DNA from: Wickerhamiella versatilis
Taxonomy: Eukaryota
Reading direction: 5' to 3'
Assembly (NCBI GenBank): GCA_030867685.1
Contig: JAQOWU010000003.1
Span: forward strand, 186,001-250,000
DNA: 64,000 nucleotides
This document shows, piece after piece, positions 62,829 to 64,000 of this stretch. Numbering within the stretch: position 1 is the stretch's first letter; every line of letters begins with the position of its first letter. The notes under the pieces were generated by a model. The model was not told the origin of the DNA and did no database searches. It saw only the letters and a program-made list of their open reading frames with translations. The translations under genes were made by a program, and so were the position numbers.

Positions 62829-63998
62829 CTATGTATGCGTATTATTCAAAGTACTGTTAACAAATGGTTTCCACCAATCGTTCACCACATCAGATAGACG
62901 CCAATCAGACCATTCATAGTTGAGCAATCCATACGTCTCATTATAACCCCGTATCCCAGACCGGATTCTGTAACTTCCACCTATGGTCCACATGGCCCAT
63001 GAAATCCCGTTATCCGTTATGAAGTTTCGCAAACATTTCAGCTGATCGGAGAGATGTTCATTCTGGGTCGTACCAAATTCCGTTAAAATTACGGGTGCAA
63101 TGTTAGCTGCCTCGGTACAATTATTGGTATCATTGCACCCCGATGGCTTCGAGATGCCTAGTGCATTGAAGCCATCTTTGTAAAGCTCCAGTGCAAGCGA
63201 GTCGCAGTCACTACCATAATTGTAATGGTGCAACTCGAAGACAAGTTTATTTCCCCAGTCGTGCTCTGTGATGTTGAAGTGGTCGCTAGAGTCCGTGGGG
63301 TCGCAATTATGACAACTCGCCTGGTTGTACGGAGTGCCAGCTGTGAGGGCACTAAGCTCGACATCAAAGTCTTTGCCTGCCCAGGTGATAAGAAGGTCCG
63401 GATTTGCTTCATGGATGAGGTCGGCGCCTTTGGTGAAGTTGCCCACGAGGGTTTCCCAGTTGTAGCCTAAGTAGTGGGAGCTAGACTTGCGCGGCTCATT
63501 GTGAAGACTTATACTGACCATATTGTCATGCTGCTTGGTATAATTGGCAATGTACTGTAACGCGCGTGTCCAGTTGTGCACTGAAAAGTTTGTATCGTCA
63601 AACCAAGCGTCGCCATCGTCCTCGCTACAGCACCAACCTGCCTTGTCGATATGCAAATCGGGGTGTACATATATTTGTCGGGAATTCGCCTTTTCAATTA
63701 TATCATCCCACACTTCAAACCTGGTGGTGTTTTCATTCCATTCCCCGTTGTTCTCCGATATTCGGTGGCAAATGCTCGTTCCGTTGTCATTGCCAAGAGA
63801 AGATGTAAGAGATTCACAAATCGGCACGTCTTTACCACCCCGATCATAGAGGTCGTCAACCATTTCAGCGGCATACCCCATTCGGATAAAATTGAATCCC
63901 GCATCCTCAATAAAGTTCAGTATAGTGTCGGCTGATTGCCATTCTATTCCTTCTGGTAGCATTGAAACCTCGTTTAGGGGCCAGTTTACGCCTGCCCA
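62829..63998 (-). CDS. GH5 glycoside hydrolase, 5'-truncated by the window edge
   Basis: Frame is open to the window end (WAGVNWPLNEVSMLPEG); D.H....WCC...DG..WF.D, SLHNEPR (acid/base), FELHHY, VILTEFG (nucleophile), W..GGSY. Confidence 0.85.
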   Translation of the reverse strand, partial: WAGVNWPLNEVSMLPEGIEWQSADTILNFIEDAGFNFIRMGYAAEMVDDLYDRGGKDVPICESLTSSLGNDNGTSICHRISENNGEWNENTTRFEVWDDIIEKANSRQIYVHPDLHIDKAGWCCSEDDGDAWFDDTNFSVHNWTRALQYIANYTKQHDNMVSISLHNEPRKSSSHYLGYNWETLVGNFTKGADLIHEANPDLLITWAGKDFDVELSALTAGTPYNQASCHNCDPTDSSDHFNITEHDWGNKLVFELHHYNYGSDCDSLALELYKDGFNALGISKPSGCNDTNNCTEAANIAPVILTEFGTTQNEHLSDQLKCLRNFITDNGISWAMWTIGGSYRIRSGIRGYNETYGLLNYEWSDWRLSDVVNDWWKPFVNSTLNNTHT

Positions 63999-64000
63999 GT

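Noticed and set aside
1-64000. Bacterial genome or contaminant contig
   Set aside because: Zn2Cys6 factors, YAT/NCS1 permeases, eukaryotic UGP1, CPY/CPS and TATA-type promoters are interleaved with the bacterial-like genes

Overview
This is eukaryotic (ascomycete yeast) DNA: gene-dense, almost intron-free and accessory or subtelomere-like. It carries about 33 protein-coding genes; no rRNA, tRNA, CRISPR array or transposase was recognised. Typical fungal genes (amino-acid, MFS and NCS1 permeases, two Zn2Cys6 regulators, UGP1, carboxypeptidase Y- and S-like proteases, secreted GH3/GH51/GH5, a Cwp1-like wall protein) alternate with about ten enzymes that look bacterial (SDR, SolA-like oxidase, YahK/Adh6-type ADH, IdnO, IdnD, MdaB, PNPOx-like protein, amidase, FAD_binding_2 flavoprotein, YfjR-like beta-hydroxyacid dehydrogenase, ALDH). 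That mix, plus homologues of the sophorolipid enzymes UgtB1 and At, suggests the Wickerhamiella/Starmerella clade (inference, not proven). Best candidate new systems: (1) a five-gene hybrid thymine/modified-pyrimidine salvage cluster (isoorotate decarboxylase, 2OG-Fe(II) oxygenase, NCS1 permease, two dehydrogenases) whose promoters share exact CGG-containing motifs; (2) a flavoprotein reductase + Zn2Cys6 + phenolic acid decarboxylase module that could make ethylphenols; (3) an idnO-idnD operon remnant; (4) an orphan UgtB1/At/UGP1/GH3 glycosylation module. All homology calls come from recognising motifs by eye; no database search was run.
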